A DNA stretch of 64,000 nucleotides from an uncultured cyanobacterium (GTDB lineage: Bacteria > Cyanobacteriota > Cyanobacteriia > Cyanobacteriales > CAWCAG01): assembly GCA_963793425.1 (NCBI GenBank), contig CAWCAG010000001.1, positions 192,001 through 256,000 on the forward strand, read 5' to 3'. The translations under genes were made by a program, and so were the position numbers. Under the pieces are notes generated by a model. That model did no database searches, had not been told where the DNA came from, and was given only the letters and a program-made list of their open reading frames with translations. Each line of letters opens with the position of its first letter. Position 1 is the stretch's first letter. Below, one piece after another: positions 38,752-49,793 of this stretch.

Positions 38752-38892
38752 TAAATTCTATTACTCTTTCTCTTCAGTAAAATTGTTTACGAAAGACATA
38801 CATGACTTTAGCATACTTTCATCACAAGGAAAGAGGTAAAAAGCAAGCTTTTAGATGTATTAGTAGAAATACACAATGAGCGATCGCTAAAC

Positions 38893-39366
38893 ATGATTAA
38901 ACCTTGGATGATAATTGGTGCAGTTACCTTCTTGGTAGGTTCAGCAGGAAGTCTTTTGAGATCCCAGGATAGAAAGTGGTTTATGCACCTGCGTCGTCCC
39001 CGGTGGTTAACCTTTGAAAAAGCAATTCCTCTTATTTGGATCTTTGTCTTTATCTGTGGGGCTGTCTCTGCCACCTTAGTCTGGCGAGAAAATCCTGGTA
39101 GCAACTATACCTGGTTCTTGATGTCCTTCTATCTTTTGGTAGAGATAACTATAGTTGCTTATACGCCGTTAATGTGCCTTAGCCGTAGCTTGATAGTTGG
39201 TACTGTTATTGGGGGAGTTGGCTTTTTGCTGGGTGTCATTTTGACTCTGCTAGTTTTCCCAGTCTCTAATACCGCAGCCTTCCTACTTTTCCCTTATATT
39301 ATTTGGAGTCCTATTGGTACATATACTACCTGGGAAATGAGTCGCCTCAACCCAGAGAGTAAATAA
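38893..39366 (+). CDS. TspO/MBR family protein
   Basis: WFMHLRRPRWL, LLFPYIIW, multiple TM helices. Confidence 0.85.
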   Translation: MIKPWMIIGAVTFLVGSAGSLLRSQDRKWFMHLRRPRWLTFEKAIPLIWIFVFICGAVSATLVWRENPGSNYTWFLMSFYLLVEITIVAYTPLMCLSRSLIVGTVIGGVGFLLGVILTLLVFPVSNTAAFLLFPYIIWSPIGTYTTWEMSRLNPESK

Positions 39367-39477
39367 AGCAAAATAAGAGTTAAGCGTGAGGTACAGCCTA
39401 GATTTTGCTAATAGCTAGTGGCTAGTAGAAATATGGAAATAGACCAAATGTATCTCATGACTACGAGAAAGGCTATA
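39364..39477. mobile_element. Copy of the TA-flanked MITE family
   Basis: GTGAGGTACAGCCT...GCTAGTGGCTAGT...TGTATCTCATGACTACGAGAAAGGCTATA matches the reverse complement of 6819-6909. Confidence 0.75.
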
Positions 39478-39554
39478 AAGTATCTTCCTACCTAAGAGAA
39501 AATAAACTACTGTAAGCACAAAAATATTACTTTTAGTAATTCCCTAACTACTAC

Positions 39555-39776
39555 TTACCTCTGGCGGGGAAGTACGTAGTTAATTCTTTTGCCTAGAAAA
39601 GGAACTGTCACGATTAGTAACTTAATAGCAAGGGGTGCAAAGAAAAGACTCAAGAATAAGCAGAGTAAGGCACAAAAAGCCGCAGCTACTTGAATTATTT
39701 CTTCTTCAGCATTAATGCTGAAATATACAGCTACTGAAGTAAGCAAAATGGAGATTAATAGCGGCACTAGCATCAA
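39555..39776 (-). CDS. Small membrane protein
   Basis: Two hydrophobic segments; GAGG upstream. Confidence 0.6.
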   Translation of the reverse strand: MMLVPLLISILLTSVAVYFSINAEEEIIQVAAAFCALLCLFLSLFFAPLAIKLLIVTVPFLGKRINYVLPRQR

Positions 39777-40218
39777 AACTACCTCTTTATTGTTAGATGC
39801 GGTGCGTTCCTTCGAGATAAAACTCTACTTCCGTCTCCCTATGTATCACCTTTTAGGACTAAGAAGAGAGATGAACGATTTGTCCGGTTACGCATTAATA
39901 CTTACAGATATTAAGTTTAATGTCAATACTTTGAACTAATTGGGCAATTAATTTTCCTGAACTAAAGTATAAAAAAAGCAAATCATATTTGCTCAGACTA
40001 TTAAGGAGAAAGAGCTTCAGGGAACAAACAACTTCCTCTCTAAACTACTATTTTGTCAAGGAATAAAGTTCACGGGGTTCTGCTCCTTGCTCCCTGTAGC
40101 CTACGGCAAGGCTAACGCCAACCCTGCTCCCCACCCTAACAGACAAGTCATGCAACAAGGGCAGGATTTGGTATGATTTTGCCATAGAGTATAAATTGAA
40201 TAACTTCTACTGAGAATT

Positions 40219-40431
40219 ATGGGTGAAGCAAAACGGCGTAAAGAAGCTTTAGGAGATAAATATGGTGAGGAAAAAGGACTCCTTCCTTGGGTTCCTCTCA
40301 CCAAAAGCCAAGCGGAGCAGTTTGTGAAAATAACCACAAAAGGGGCTTGGATTGGTATAGGGCTTTTAGTACTATCCTGGATTAGTATTCGCTTTGTTGG
40401 GCCAGCTTTTGGTTGGTGGGATGTCATGTAG
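40219..40431 (+). CDS. DUF2839 family protein
   Basis: MGEAKRRK...RFVGPAFGWW. Confidence 0.85.
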   Translation: MGEAKRRKEALGDKYGEEKGLLPWVPLTKSQAEQFVKITTKGAWIGIGLLVLSWISIRFVGPAFGWWDVM

Positions 40432-40455
40432 GTAAGCAAATTCCCTGGGTTTTGC

Positions 40456-41517
40456 TCAAAGGAATTTATCAAACTTAGCTTGTTGTTGTAATAACTTAAG
40501 TACTTTTTTAATGTCTTGAGTTCTTCGTTTATCTACCACCAAAGTCGCTTTGCCAGCGCGGACAACAACTACATTTTCTAAACCAATAGTTACAATCACC
40601 TCATCTTCATCACTGGCATAGATAATAGAATCTTGAGTATCCATGCCGACATGATTGGCTAATTCCACATTGGCTTGATCCTCTTTTAAAAGCCTCTCTA
40701 GAGCATTCCAGTCTCCTAAATCGTCCCAACCAAAGTTAGCTGGGAGAACATAAGCTAGTTGGGTTTTTTCCATTAAGGCATAATCAATGCTCTTTTTTTC
40801 CAATTGAGAGTATGCTTTGCTCCCCTTTTCTTGTAAAAGCTTGATCATAGTGGGAGCATATTTTTGTAACTCAGCTAAGGCAACCCCTGCCCGAAAAATA
40901 AACATACCACTGTTCCAGCTAAATTTTCCGGTGCTAAGAAAAGATTGGGCCGTAGCTTGATCAGGCTTCTCTGTGAAACGGCTTACTTGATAAACAGGAA
41001 AATCTCCATAGGTTCCTTCGAGTTTTCCTTGTTCAATATAACCATAACCTGTAGAAGGATAATCAGGAGCGATTCCCAAAGTAACAATAGTATCCTTGGC
41101 TACAGCCAACTCCGCAGCAGCAGAAAGAGTGTTATGGTAAGCGGCGCGATCGCCAATCCAATGATCCGCCGGAAAGAAACCAACCACAGCATCATTGCCA
41201 TAGCGTTTAGCTGCTTCAATAGTAGCCCAGGCTACAGCAGGAGCCGTATCTTTTCCTTCCGGTTCCACTAACAAATTAGCTTGGGGCAACTCTGGTAACT
41301 GTTCCTCAATCCCCTTAGCTATTTGAGCATTCGTCACCACCCAAAGTTTATCCCAGCCTCCTGCTAAATCCAGTAGGCGCTCTGCTGTTGCCTGCAACAA
41401 ACTCTTGCCACTACCGTCAAGGGAAAGAAACTGTTTGGGGTGCATTCTGCGGCTGAGAGGCCAAAATCTTTCTCCTTTTCCACCAGCTAAGATTATGGGT
41501 ATCAAGGTTTTGGTCAT
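40456..41517 (-). CDS. manC: Mannose-1-phosphate guanylyltransferase
   Basis: ILAGGKGERFWPLSR..PKQFL, FTEKPD, WNSGMF, GWDDLG. Confidence 0.92.
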   Translation of the reverse strand: MTKTLIPIILAGGKGERFWPLSRRMHPKQFLSLDGSGKSLLQATAERLLDLAGGWDKLWVVTNAQIAKGIEEQLPELPQANLLVEPEGKDTAPAVAWATIEAAKRYGNDAVVGFFPADHWIGDRAAYHNTLSAAAELAVAKDTIVTLGIAPDYPSTGYGYIEQGKLEGTYGDFPVYQVSRFTEKPDQATAQSFLSTGKFSWNSGMFIFRAGVALAELQKYAPTMIKLLQEKGSKAYSQLEKKSIDYALMEKTQLAYVLPANFGWDDLGDWNALERLLKEDQANVELANHVGMDTQDSIIYASDEDEVIVTIGLENVVVVRAGKATLVVDKRRTQDIKKVLKLLQQQAKFDKFL

Positions 41518-41684
41518 GCTTATGAGGCCCCTAATTATGTATATAAAGAGATTATTTCTAATTTTTAACTCAAAAGTGTCCTCATTGAGTACTTTACCTT
41601 TGAATACCTAAAGGTATAATCCAGCAATAGAAGCGCAATTTATTTCGCTTCGGGTGCCAGCGCTAACCGTGTTATTTGTGGTGA

Positions 41685-43151
41685 ATGAGGTTAAAAGTGA
41701 AAAAAGGCATCAAACAAACGACAGCGGCTCTTACTATGGAGCCAAAGCAAGAATCATTAGCTTCGGGCAAGACCACGAAAAAGTCTGTCCCCAAAGCTAC
41801 TACAAAAAGCAAACAAACCAATAAACCTACTTTTAAGCTTAGCCGTTGGCTGGTTTGGGGGACAACTTTTGCTTTAACGGCAACTGTTTCCGCTACAGTA
41901 GGGGCAACTTTTGCTTTAGTTAGTCCCTTATCAACATTTGTGGCCCCCATTGCCGAAAAAACAGGACTTTTACCTGAAAAGGCAAAAGGAGATGAAGGTT
42001 GGCAAGCTAACTTACAATATCGCTTGTCTCGCCCCGTTCATATTTTGGTGATGGGAATCGATCAAGTCCCAGGAGCAGCTAAAACCTCAAAGGAGATTTT
42101 TGAGGGCCATAGCGATACCATGTTATTACTGCGCTTCGATCCTGGTGATAACTCTGTCAAAATGCTCTCTATTCCTAGGGATACGAGGGTTAATATTCCT
42201 GGCTTAGGAGAAGGTAAAATTAATGATGCCAACATTCAAGGCGGGGCAGAATTAGCAGCTAAAGTGGTGAGTGAAACTTTAAACGGTGTTTCCATTGACC
42301 GCTACCTCAGAGTGAATACTGATGCCTTCCAAGAAATAGTTGATTTGGTAGGGGGTATTGAAGTAGATGTTCCCTACTCCATGGCTTACGAAGATAAAAG
42401 CCAAAAACTGAAAATTGACCTCCAAGCTGGATGGCAAACCCTCAATGGTGAAGAAGCAGAACAATTTGCTCGTTTTCGTGGTGATGGTTATGGAGATATT
42501 GGTCGAGTACAGCGCCAGCAAATACTACTCAAAGCTTTGCGTCAGCGTCTCAAGCAACCAGCTATTGTACCCAAGTTACCGAAGGCAATTCGTGTGGTGC
42601 AGCAATATGTAGATACCAACATCTCTACCGAAGAAATGTTAGCTTTGGTTAGTTTTGGTTTGAACTTAAACAAAGAAGATATTAATATGGTCATGCTCCC
42701 TGGACGCTTTAGTAGTGAAGGGGAATATGATGTTAGTTATTGGATCTTTTATCCTAATGAACGTGATCGCTTAGTGAGCCAATATTTCAATCAAGAAGCA
42801 GATTATGTCAATGAGAAGACTAAATCTTTTCGGCAACTACGCATTGGTATTCAAAATACCACTAGAGATCCTGAATTAGCAGAACGCTTTGCTGAGTACT
42901 TACGGGAAAACGATTTTGGCAATGTGTTTGTCATTGAAGATGTAGCCCCTAGGAGACTTAAAGATACTACTATTATTCCTCAAAGAGGTGATCTCAGAGC
43001 AGCCAATCGCCTGAAAAAAGTTCTTAATTTAGGTACAGTAAAATCAGAATCTACAGGGCATATAGATTCTGATCTTACAATTCAGCTAGGGCGAGATGCT
43101 CAACAAATTCTGGTTGAAGAAGACTTACCTTCAGAAGTAAAAGAGGATTAA
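41685..43151 (+). CDS. LCP (LytR/CpsA/Psr) family protein with LytR_C domain
   Basis: SDTMLL, SIPRDT, ARFR, GDIGRVQRQQ. Confidence 0.92.
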   Translation: MRLKVKKGIKQTTAALTMEPKQESLASGKTTKKSVPKATTKSKQTNKPTFKLSRWLVWGTTFALTATVSATVGATFALVSPLSTFVAPIAEKTGLLPEKAKGDEGWQANLQYRLSRPVHILVMGIDQVPGAAKTSKEIFEGHSDTMLLLRFDPGDNSVKMLSIPRDTRVNIPGLGEGKINDANIQGGAELAAKVVSETLNGVSIDRYLRVNTDAFQEIVDLVGGIEVDVPYSMAYEDKSQKLKIDLQAGWQTLNGEEAEQFARFRGDGYGDIGRVQRQQILLKALRQRLKQPAIVPKLPKAIRVVQQYVDTNISTEEMLALVSFGLNLNKEDINMVMLPGRFSSEGEYDVSYWIFYPNERDRLVSQYFNQEADYVNEKTKSFRQLRIGIQNTTRDPELAERFAEYLRENDFGNVFVIEDVAPRRLKDTTIIPQRGDLRAANRLKKVLNLGTVKSESTGHIDSDLTIQLGRDAQQILVEEDLPSEVKED

Positions 43152-43155
43152 TTAA

Positions 43156-43668
43156 GTGTTAAAAACCTTCATTGTGCGTTTACTAGGAATCATCACTGCC
43201 CTACTATTTGCTGGGTTGTGGGTTCTGTTGGATGCCCACCCCGCCTTAGCCCAAGCTAGTGCCGTTAACTATGCCCAAACTGACTTACAAAACCGCGATT
43301 TTGCCAACCAAGATTTAGTCGGGTCTGTTTTCGCAGCAGCACAAATGCGAGGAGCAGATTTTCATGGTTCCAACCTGAAAGGAACTATTATGACTAAAGG
43401 GGTATTATTAAATGCTAATTTGTCTGGTGCAAACCTTTCTGGGGCTTTGTTAGACAGAGTTGCTTTTGACGGTGCTGATTTAACTAATGCCATTTTCACA
43501 GGCTCTGTCGCCTCTCGTAGCCGCTTCTTCGATACAAAAATTACTGGGGCTGACTTCTCAGAAGCAATTATAGACCGCTACCAAGCTTCCTCAATGTGCG
43601 AAAGGGCCGATGGTATTAATCCTGTTACCGGAGTTTCGACAAGAGAGAGTTTAGGCTGTAGAGATTAG
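43156..43668 (+). CDS. Pentapeptide repeat protein (lumenal type)
   Basis: Signal peptide ALA, A(D/N)LxG repeats, [16 protein letters not shown]. Confidence 0.9.
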   Translation: MLKTFIVRLLGIITALLFAGLWVLLDAHPALAQASAVNYAQTDLQNRDFANQDLVGSVFAAAQMRGADFHGSNLKGTIMTKGVLLNANLSGANLSGALLDRVAFDGADLTNAIFTGSVASRSRFFDTKITGADFSEAIIDRYQASSMCERADGINPVTGVSTRESLGCRD

Positions 43669-43680
43669 GGAATCAACTGA

Positions 43681-43740
43681 TTAATTAAGTTTAAAGTTTT
43701 AGGAAATGTTAAAATCTCCTAAGACTTTAAACTTAATTAA
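43681..43740. repeat. 24-bp AT-rich inverted repeat
   Basis: TTAATTAAGTTTAAAGTTTTAGGA-N12-TCCTAAGACTTTAAACTTAATTAA, one mismatch. Confidence 0.85.
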
Positions 43741-43967
43741 CATTAAGTAAAATCACGTCAATTAAGCAATAAACTTCGGGATTGACCCTCCTTGGGACTT
43801 AAAATTCTTTTATTCAAGAAAATTTCTGTCAGATTATTTCACTTGCGTCTTGCGATCGCAGAAAAATTTTTGGTGTGAATAACAAAATCAGCTAGCCCAG
43901 GGAGGTTTAATTTATGAAAACAATATCAATCAACTCTATAAACTAAGCAAACAGCAAAGGAGGAATT

Positions 43968-46496
43968 ATGCGTGCAGTGTTGATGGCTGGTGGGTCTGGG
44001 ACTAGACTAAGGCCGCTAACCTGCGATCTGCCGAAACCTATGGTCCCGGTTCTTAACCGACCCATTGCAGAACATATCATTAATCTACTCAAAAGACATA
44101 ACATTACCGAAATAATTGCTACCTTACACTATCTCCCTGATGTTATGCGAGATTACTTCCAAGATGGCAAAGATTTTGGAGTGCAAATGACCTATGCAGT
44201 GGAAGAAGATCAACCCCTTGGTACGGCAGGATGCGTCAAAAATATTGCGGAGTGGTTAGATGATACTTTCTTAGTGATTAGCGGTGACGGTATCACAGAT
44301 TTTGATCTCCAGAAAGCTATTGAGTTTCATAAGCAAAAAAAATCTAAAGCTACCCTGATTTTAACCCGTGTCCCTAACCCTGTTGAATTTGGTGTAGTTA
44401 TTACAGATCCTGAAGGCAATATTAAGCGCTTTTTAGAAAAACCTTCTAGTAGCGAAATCTTCTCCGATACCGTCAATACAGGAACCTATATTCTTGAACC
44501 AGAAGTTTTAAACTATTTGCCAGAAAACGAAGAATCAGACTTCTCTAAAGACCTATTCCCTCTCTTACTTGATAAAGGGGAACCAATGTACGGTTACGTA
44601 GCAGAAGGATATTGGTGCGATGTTGGTCACTTAGATGCTTGTCGAGAAGCTCAGTATGATGGTTTGCACGGTAAAGTTAAACTAGACCTGGCTTACGAAG
44701 AAAAGTCTTCTGGACAGTGGATCGGGGAAGATACTTATATAGATCCTTCGGCAAAAATTACCCCTCCAGTCATGATTGGTAGTCATTGCCGCATTGGGCC
44801 ACGGGTTCGTATTGAAGCAGGTACAGTGATTGGCGATAATGTCACCATTGGCGCTGATGCTGATCTTAAGCGTCCGATTATTTGGAATGGGGCAATCATC
44901 GGTGATGAAGCTCATCTAAGTGCTTGCATTATTTCTAGGGGAACTCGTGTTGACCGCCGCGCTCAAGTTATGGAGGGTGCTGTAGTAGGCGCTCTTTCTG
45001 CTGTTGGAGAAGAAGCCCAAATTAGCCCAGGTGTGAGGGTTTGGCCGCGCAAGAAGATTGAATCTGGAGCGATTTTGAATATCAACTTGATTTGGGGTAA
45101 TACAGCTCAACGCAGTCTTTTTGGACAACAAGGAGTTTCTGGTTTAGCCAATATTGATATTACCCCAGAGTTTGCGGTGAAATTAGGTGCAGCCTATGGT
45201 TCTGTGTTAAAACCAGGCTCTAGTGTTGCTGTATCTAGGGATCAGCGTAGTATTTCCCGTATGGTCAGTCGTTCTTTTATCTCTGGCTTAATGTCAGCAG
45301 GTATTTACGTCCAAAACCTGGAATCTACAGCTATTCCTGTCGCTCGAACCATGGTTCCTAACTTAGATGTAGCTGGAGGTATTCATGTCCGCTTACATCC
45401 CAACAGACCTGATTATATCCTCATTGAATTCTTTGATGATAAAGGCATTAATCTGTCTAAAGCTAAAGAGAAAAAAATCGAAGGAGCCTACTTTAAAGAA
45501 GACTTGCGCCGGGTTCCTATTCAAGAAATTGGTGATGTCTTCTATCCGAGTCAAGTTCTTGATGTTTACAGCAAATGCTTTGAGGAACACTTGAATGTGG
45601 GGGCAGTACGTAATAGCCCTTCTAAGGTTGTCATAGACTACGTTTATGCAGTTTCAGGAGCTATATTACCTCGCTTGTTAGCCAAATTTGGTTGCGATGC
45701 TGTTGTTCTCAACGCTAGCCTCAGCCAAACAGCCCTTTCTGGTGAAGATAGGGAAGGCTTGCTCAATCAACTAGGGCAAGTAGTAGAAGCACTGAGAGCC
45801 AGTTTAGGGGTACAAGTTTCCGCTAACGGTGAACAGCTTATTTTAGTAGATGAGTCTGGCTTGGCTATACGGGGTGAGATGTTAACAGCCTTGATGGTTA
45901 ATACCATTCTCACAGCCCATCCTCGCGGTACTGTAGTTGTTCCCATCCATGCTTCCAGCGCAGTAGAACAAATTGCTCGTCGTCACGATGGTAAAGTGAT
46001 TCGGACAAAAGCTAATCCTACTGCTTTAATGGAAGCTTCTCAAACCGATCCGAATGTAGTTTTAGGAGGAAGCGGAGATATTGGTTTCATCTTCCCTCAA
46101 CTCCATCCTGGATTTGATGCGATGTTCTGTATTGCTAAACTCATTGAAATGCTGACGATTCAAGAGCGTTCCTTAGCTCAAATTCGTACTGAATTACCCC
46201 GCGTTACCCATAAGAGTTACACCATGCGTTGTCCTTGGACAGTTAAAGGTGCATTGATGCGCCATTTGGTTGAAACTCACCCAGCAGAAAAGTTAGAACT
46301 GACTGATGGTGTTAAAGTTATTAATCCACAAAATGATAATTGGGTTTTAGTCTTGCCTGATGCGGGAGAGCCTTTGGTACATATCTATGCTAATGGGGAT
46401 GACAAAGCTGTAGTAGACAAAGATTTAGCTGATTATCGTAAGCGGGTTCAAGAGTTTATTGACCAAGAAGAAGGTGTAGAAGCAACCATGACATAA
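43968..46496 (+). CDS. Mannose-1-phosphate guanyltransferase / phosphohexomutase-like fusion
   Basis: MAGGSGTRLRPLT..PKPM, hexapeptide repeats, PGM/PMM-like C-terminal half; GGAGG RBS. Confidence 0.9.
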   Translation: MRAVLMAGGSGTRLRPLTCDLPKPMVPVLNRPIAEHIINLLKRHNITEIIATLHYLPDVMRDYFQDGKDFGVQMTYAVEEDQPLGTAGCVKNIAEWLDDTFLVISGDGITDFDLQKAIEFHKQKKSKATLILTRVPNPVEFGVVITDPEGNIKRFLEKPSSSEIFSDTVNTGTYILEPEVLNYLPENEESDFSKDLFPLLLDKGEPMYGYVAEGYWCDVGHLDACREAQYDGLHGKVKLDLAYEEKSSGQWIGEDTYIDPSAKITPPVMIGSHCRIGPRVRIEAGTVIGDNVTIGADADLKRPIIWNGAIIGDEAHLSACIISRGTRVDRRAQVMEGAVVGALSAVGEEAQISPGVRVWPRKKIESGAILNINLIWGNTAQRSLFGQQGVSGLANIDITPEFAVKLGAAYGSVLKPGSSVAVSRDQRSISRMVSRSFISGLMSAGIYVQNLESTAIPVARTMVPNLDVAGGIHVRLHPNRPDYILIEFFDDKGINLSKAKEKKIEGAYFKEDLRRVPIQEIGDVFYPSQVLDVYSKCFEEHLNVGAVRNSPSKVVIDYVYAVSGAILPRLLAKFGCDAVVLNASLSQTALSGEDREGLLNQLGQVVEALRASLGVQVSANGEQLILVDESGLAIRGEMLTALMVNTILTAHPRGTVVVPIHASSAVEQIARRHDGKVIRTKANPTALMEASQTDPNVVLGGSGDIGFIFPQLHPGFDAMFCIAKLIEMLTIQERSLAQIRTELPRVTHKSYTMRCPWTVKGALMRHLVETHPAEKLELTDGVKVINPQNDNWVLVLPDAGEPLVHIYANGDDKAVVDKDLADYRKRVQEFIDQEEGVEATMT

Positions 46497-46669
46497 TCAC
46501 AACACAATTGCTCTGGAAGAGTGAAGGGTGAAAAGGCTAAGATGATTGGTTAAGTAAGCAAATTATCTGATTTTTCATCCTTCCCTTAATTGAAAAAATA
46601 TTCAGTTCATTTGTACTATTATAAATAAAACCAGGTTACAGCAACAAAGAAATAGAGGAGAAAAACTAA

Positions 46670-47194
46670 ATGAATAGTTGCATAATAATGGCGAAAATAA
46701 TCCGTAACCCGGAATTGCGCTATACCCCAGATAATCAAATTGCTATTTCTGAGATGTTAGTAGAGTTTCCTGGTCAACGAGAAGAAGATCCCCCAGCCAC
46801 CATGAAAGTAGTAGGGTGGGGCAACCTCGCTTCAGAAATTCAAGAGAATTATTCTTCTGGGGATCAAGTCTTGATTCAAGGTAATTTGAAAATGAACCTT
46901 GTTGATATGCCAGAGGGCTATAAAGAAAAGCGGGCTGAACTCAATGCTTCGCGCATTCATAAATTAGGTGGCGATAATTTCAATACCATGGCAGCGTCTC
47001 AAACAGCTACTACAACTTCTACTAATTCTGATAACGTAGTACCTTTTGATTCTTTTAAATCAACTTCATCTGGTTACGAAGATCCAGCTTTAGGAGCTTC
47101 TATAAATTCTCCAAAACCAGAAACACCTTCTGTACCTACTTCCACTCCTTTGTCTCCAGATCCTGATCAAGATTTGGATGATATTCCGTTTTAG
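46670..47194 (+). CDS. ssb: Single-stranded DNA-binding protein
   Basis: PELRYT OB-fold start, acidic DDIPF tail. Confidence 0.88.
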   Translation: MNSCIIMAKIIRNPELRYTPDNQIAISEMLVEFPGQREEDPPATMKVVGWGNLASEIQENYSSGDQVLIQGNLKMNLVDMPEGYKEKRAELNASRIHKLGGDNFNTMAASQTATTTSTNSDNVVPFDSFKSTSSGYEDPALGASINSPKPETPSVPTSTPLSPDPDQDLDDIPF

Positions 47195-47195
47195 G

Positions 47196-47229
47196 TTGCT
47201 AATTGCTAATTGCTAATCGCTAATTGCTG
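47196..47229 (+). repeat. STRR-type heptamer array (TTGCTAA)n
   Basis: About five copies right after the ssb stop. Confidence 0.8.
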
Positions 47230-47603
47230 AGAGATTAAGAATATTCTTTTTTATTACCTATTCTTTTTCTAACTCTTCTTGTTTGACCAAAGCATAGAAT
47301 AAGTACTGAAGAAGTAAGAAAAGGATGATATTTTACTTTATTAAGACTTTAAACAAGCTCCTGTAATAATAACTTTTGTAAACTAGAATAAATTCTACTT
47401 TCAGCTAAATTTGCTACTAGATAAGGTTCTCATTCTGTTTAAGTAATAACCCTATAAGCTACACATACACGTAAGTATTGTAGATTACTTCAATTATTAT
47501 GTGGTAGAAGTAAAAACAGTGGAAAGCCGGAATAGCTTTTATAGCGGTTAGAAGCTGTGGTATAGGTTTGCAAAATCGAGTTTGAAAAGGTAATTGATAA
47601 ATT

Positions 47604-48608
47604 ATGGCAAAGGAGAGAAGGCTAGTCAGACTCTTAGTTTGGTCTTTGCAAAAGCAGCCTGCTGTAGGTAAATTATTGCTGAAAACCTTGGTACAGTTTG
47701 ATGATATTTTTCATTTAGAACCCCACCCTAAAATAATTTCCCTTACCAATGATTTAGGCTATCGCTTACCTATTATCTGCAAATTATACAATGGTATGAA
47801 AATCGAAGTTCTCTGGAATGAAACTACTGTTGGCCAAAGAATTTATAAAAATGGATGTTTTGAAAAAGATACCGTAGAACTAGTTAGTAAGCTTTTACAA
47901 CCAGGGATGGTTTTTGTAGATGGAGGTGCCCATTGTGGGCAATATACTCTGGTTGCGAGCAAATGTGTAGGGGAAAGTGGAGAAGTTCACAGTTTTGAAC
48001 CAGATCCAGATACTTTTGCCATGCTTTCAGATAGTATAAAACTTAATGGTTTAAAGAATGTTTATCTCAATCAATTAGCCCTATCTGATCGCATAGAAGT
48101 TAAAGAACTTTATCTAGCTATGGCTAATAATATTGGTGGCAATTCCCTTTATGAACCCGAAAATTATTCAGGAGATATCTGTACAGTTAAATGTACTACC
48201 CTCGATTCCTATCTAAAGCAACACAAAATTAGCAAAATTGATTTATTAAAGCTAGATATAGAAGGTTATGAAATGAATGTCTTGGAGAGTAGTCAAGTCT
48301 TTAAAGATGGAGATTCTCAACCTTTCATAGTTGTTGAATTTAATGAATCCAATCAGCAAAAAATTGGTAAATCTTGTCAAGAAATGGCTAATTTCTTAAG
48401 AAAATGTGGCTATAAACTATGTTTAATTGGCAAGAGACATTCAGGAGGAATAGATTATTCTCGTGTGGGGCTTGATGCCTTGTTTAATGTCTTAGCTGTA
48501 CCGGATAATAAAATTACTTTTGTGGAAAAAAATCTTGCCGTTCAGTTTAGTGATTTACCTTTAGATAATACGGATGGCTTAGCATTGAAAGTACTAAAGC
48601 TTGCCTGA
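47604..48608 (+). CDS. FkbM family methyltransferase
   Basis: VDGGAHCG, SFEPDP, LKLDIEGYE. Confidence 0.88.
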   Translation: MAKERRLVRLLVWSLQKQPAVGKLLLKTLVQFDDIFHLEPHPKIISLTNDLGYRLPIICKLYNGMKIEVLWNETTVGQRIYKNGCFEKDTVELVSKLLQPGMVFVDGGAHCGQYTLVASKCVGESGEVHSFEPDPDTFAMLSDSIKLNGLKNVYLNQLALSDRIEVKELYLAMANNIGGNSLYEPENYSGDICTVKCTTLDSYLKQHKISKIDLLKLDIEGYEMNVLESSQVFKDGDSQPFIVVEFNESNQQKIGKSCQEMANFLRKCGYKLCLIGKRHSGGIDYSRVGLDALFNVLAVPDNKITFVEKNLAVQFSDLPLDNTDGLALKVLKLA

Positions 48609-48657
48609 TTTTACAGACCACCCTCAATTCTGCTAACTTTATTTATTTTGAATTCTA

Positions 48658-49623
48658 ATGTCAAAACTAACACCTTCTAGTCTCATTAAATGGTTAGCTG
48701 TGACTGGCGTTGCCTGGAGCGCTGGCTACCTTTATAACGTTCACTTTGGTGGAGAATTAAGTTGGCTTAAGGCAGTCTATAATGAGAAAATGGCCTTAGC
48801 TGAAGAAGTAGATGCTCCTCGCAGACTATTAACTACAGGAGGATCTGGGGCCCACTATAGTATCAATTCTGAGGTTCTAGAACAGGAAGTAGGTATCCCA
48901 GTTATCAACCTAGGAATAGATGGCCGACTGGGCTTGAATGTCATTCTTGATTCTATTATTGAAAAAATTCGTCCTGGGGATGTGGTTTTATTAATCCCTG
49001 AATACTCGATGGTACTCTTAGATGAAGATGGTTTGGCAGAACGTTCAGCGGATTTTGGCTTAGCTATTGGTAAACCAGGTTTAGGGGGAGTTCCAGCTAA
49101 GGATTTAGCCCATAATACCTTACTTTTGGGAGTACCTAGCCTCCGCTCCTTAACCAAAGCTGCCGTGGATTTAGCAACCAAGGGAGAAATAACTGGCTAC
49201 TATTCTGACCCCATAACAAAAAAAGGAGACCCTACCACTGTCAAGCAACGTGCGGGAAAATGGTGGAAAATGTCGGTTAACCAGTCTATATCCCCATCTT
49301 CCCATTCTTTTAAGAGAATTAAACAGTTTCGCCAGGATTTAGAAGCCAAAGGGGCGCATTTAGTAATTTCCTTACCTTGGGTTTATGCCAAAACTGATGG
49401 GGAAACTGTGGACAACGTAGGAAAAATTGCTCAGGAATTGGAAAAAATCGCCCCAGTTATCTACGATGAGGAAACCTTGAACCTTCAGAGTAATGCAGCA
49501 CTATTTGCCGATACCCATTACCATTTGCAACTGGATGTGATGGAAAAACGCTCCCTACAAATTGCGGAACAAATAGAGCCAATTCTTCAATCTTTACCGG
49601 AAGCAAAGGGGAAAGGAAAATAG
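48658..49623 (+). CDS. Hypothetical membrane-anchored protein (SGNH/DltD-like)
   Basis: N-terminal TM, GGSG, NLG, DTHYHL. Confidence 0.65.
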   Translation: MSKLTPSSLIKWLAVTGVAWSAGYLYNVHFGGELSWLKAVYNEKMALAEEVDAPRRLLTTGGSGAHYSINSEVLEQEVGIPVINLGIDGRLGLNVILDSIIEKIRPGDVVLLIPEYSMVLLDEDGLAERSADFGLAIGKPGLGGVPAKDLAHNTLLLGVPSLRSLTKAAVDLATKGEITGYYSDPITKKGDPTTVKQRAGKWWKMSVNQSISPSSHSFKRIKQFRQDLEAKGAHLVISLPWVYAKTDGETVDNVGKIAQELEKIAPVIYDEETLNLQSNAALFADTHYHLQLDVMEKRSLQIAEQIEPILQSLPEAKGKGK

Positions 49624-49793
49624 AAAGCAGGACAGAAAAATATGCCAAGTAAGGAAAACCACAGTAATAGTGCCACAAATCACCCCTTTCACTGAGATTA
49701 TTATTCTAGGTAGTGGTTTTAGTAGTCAGTTTCCCTCCCCAGGCATGGAAGGTAGTTGGGACTGTACCTCCTTCCAACATATACTCAAACTTT

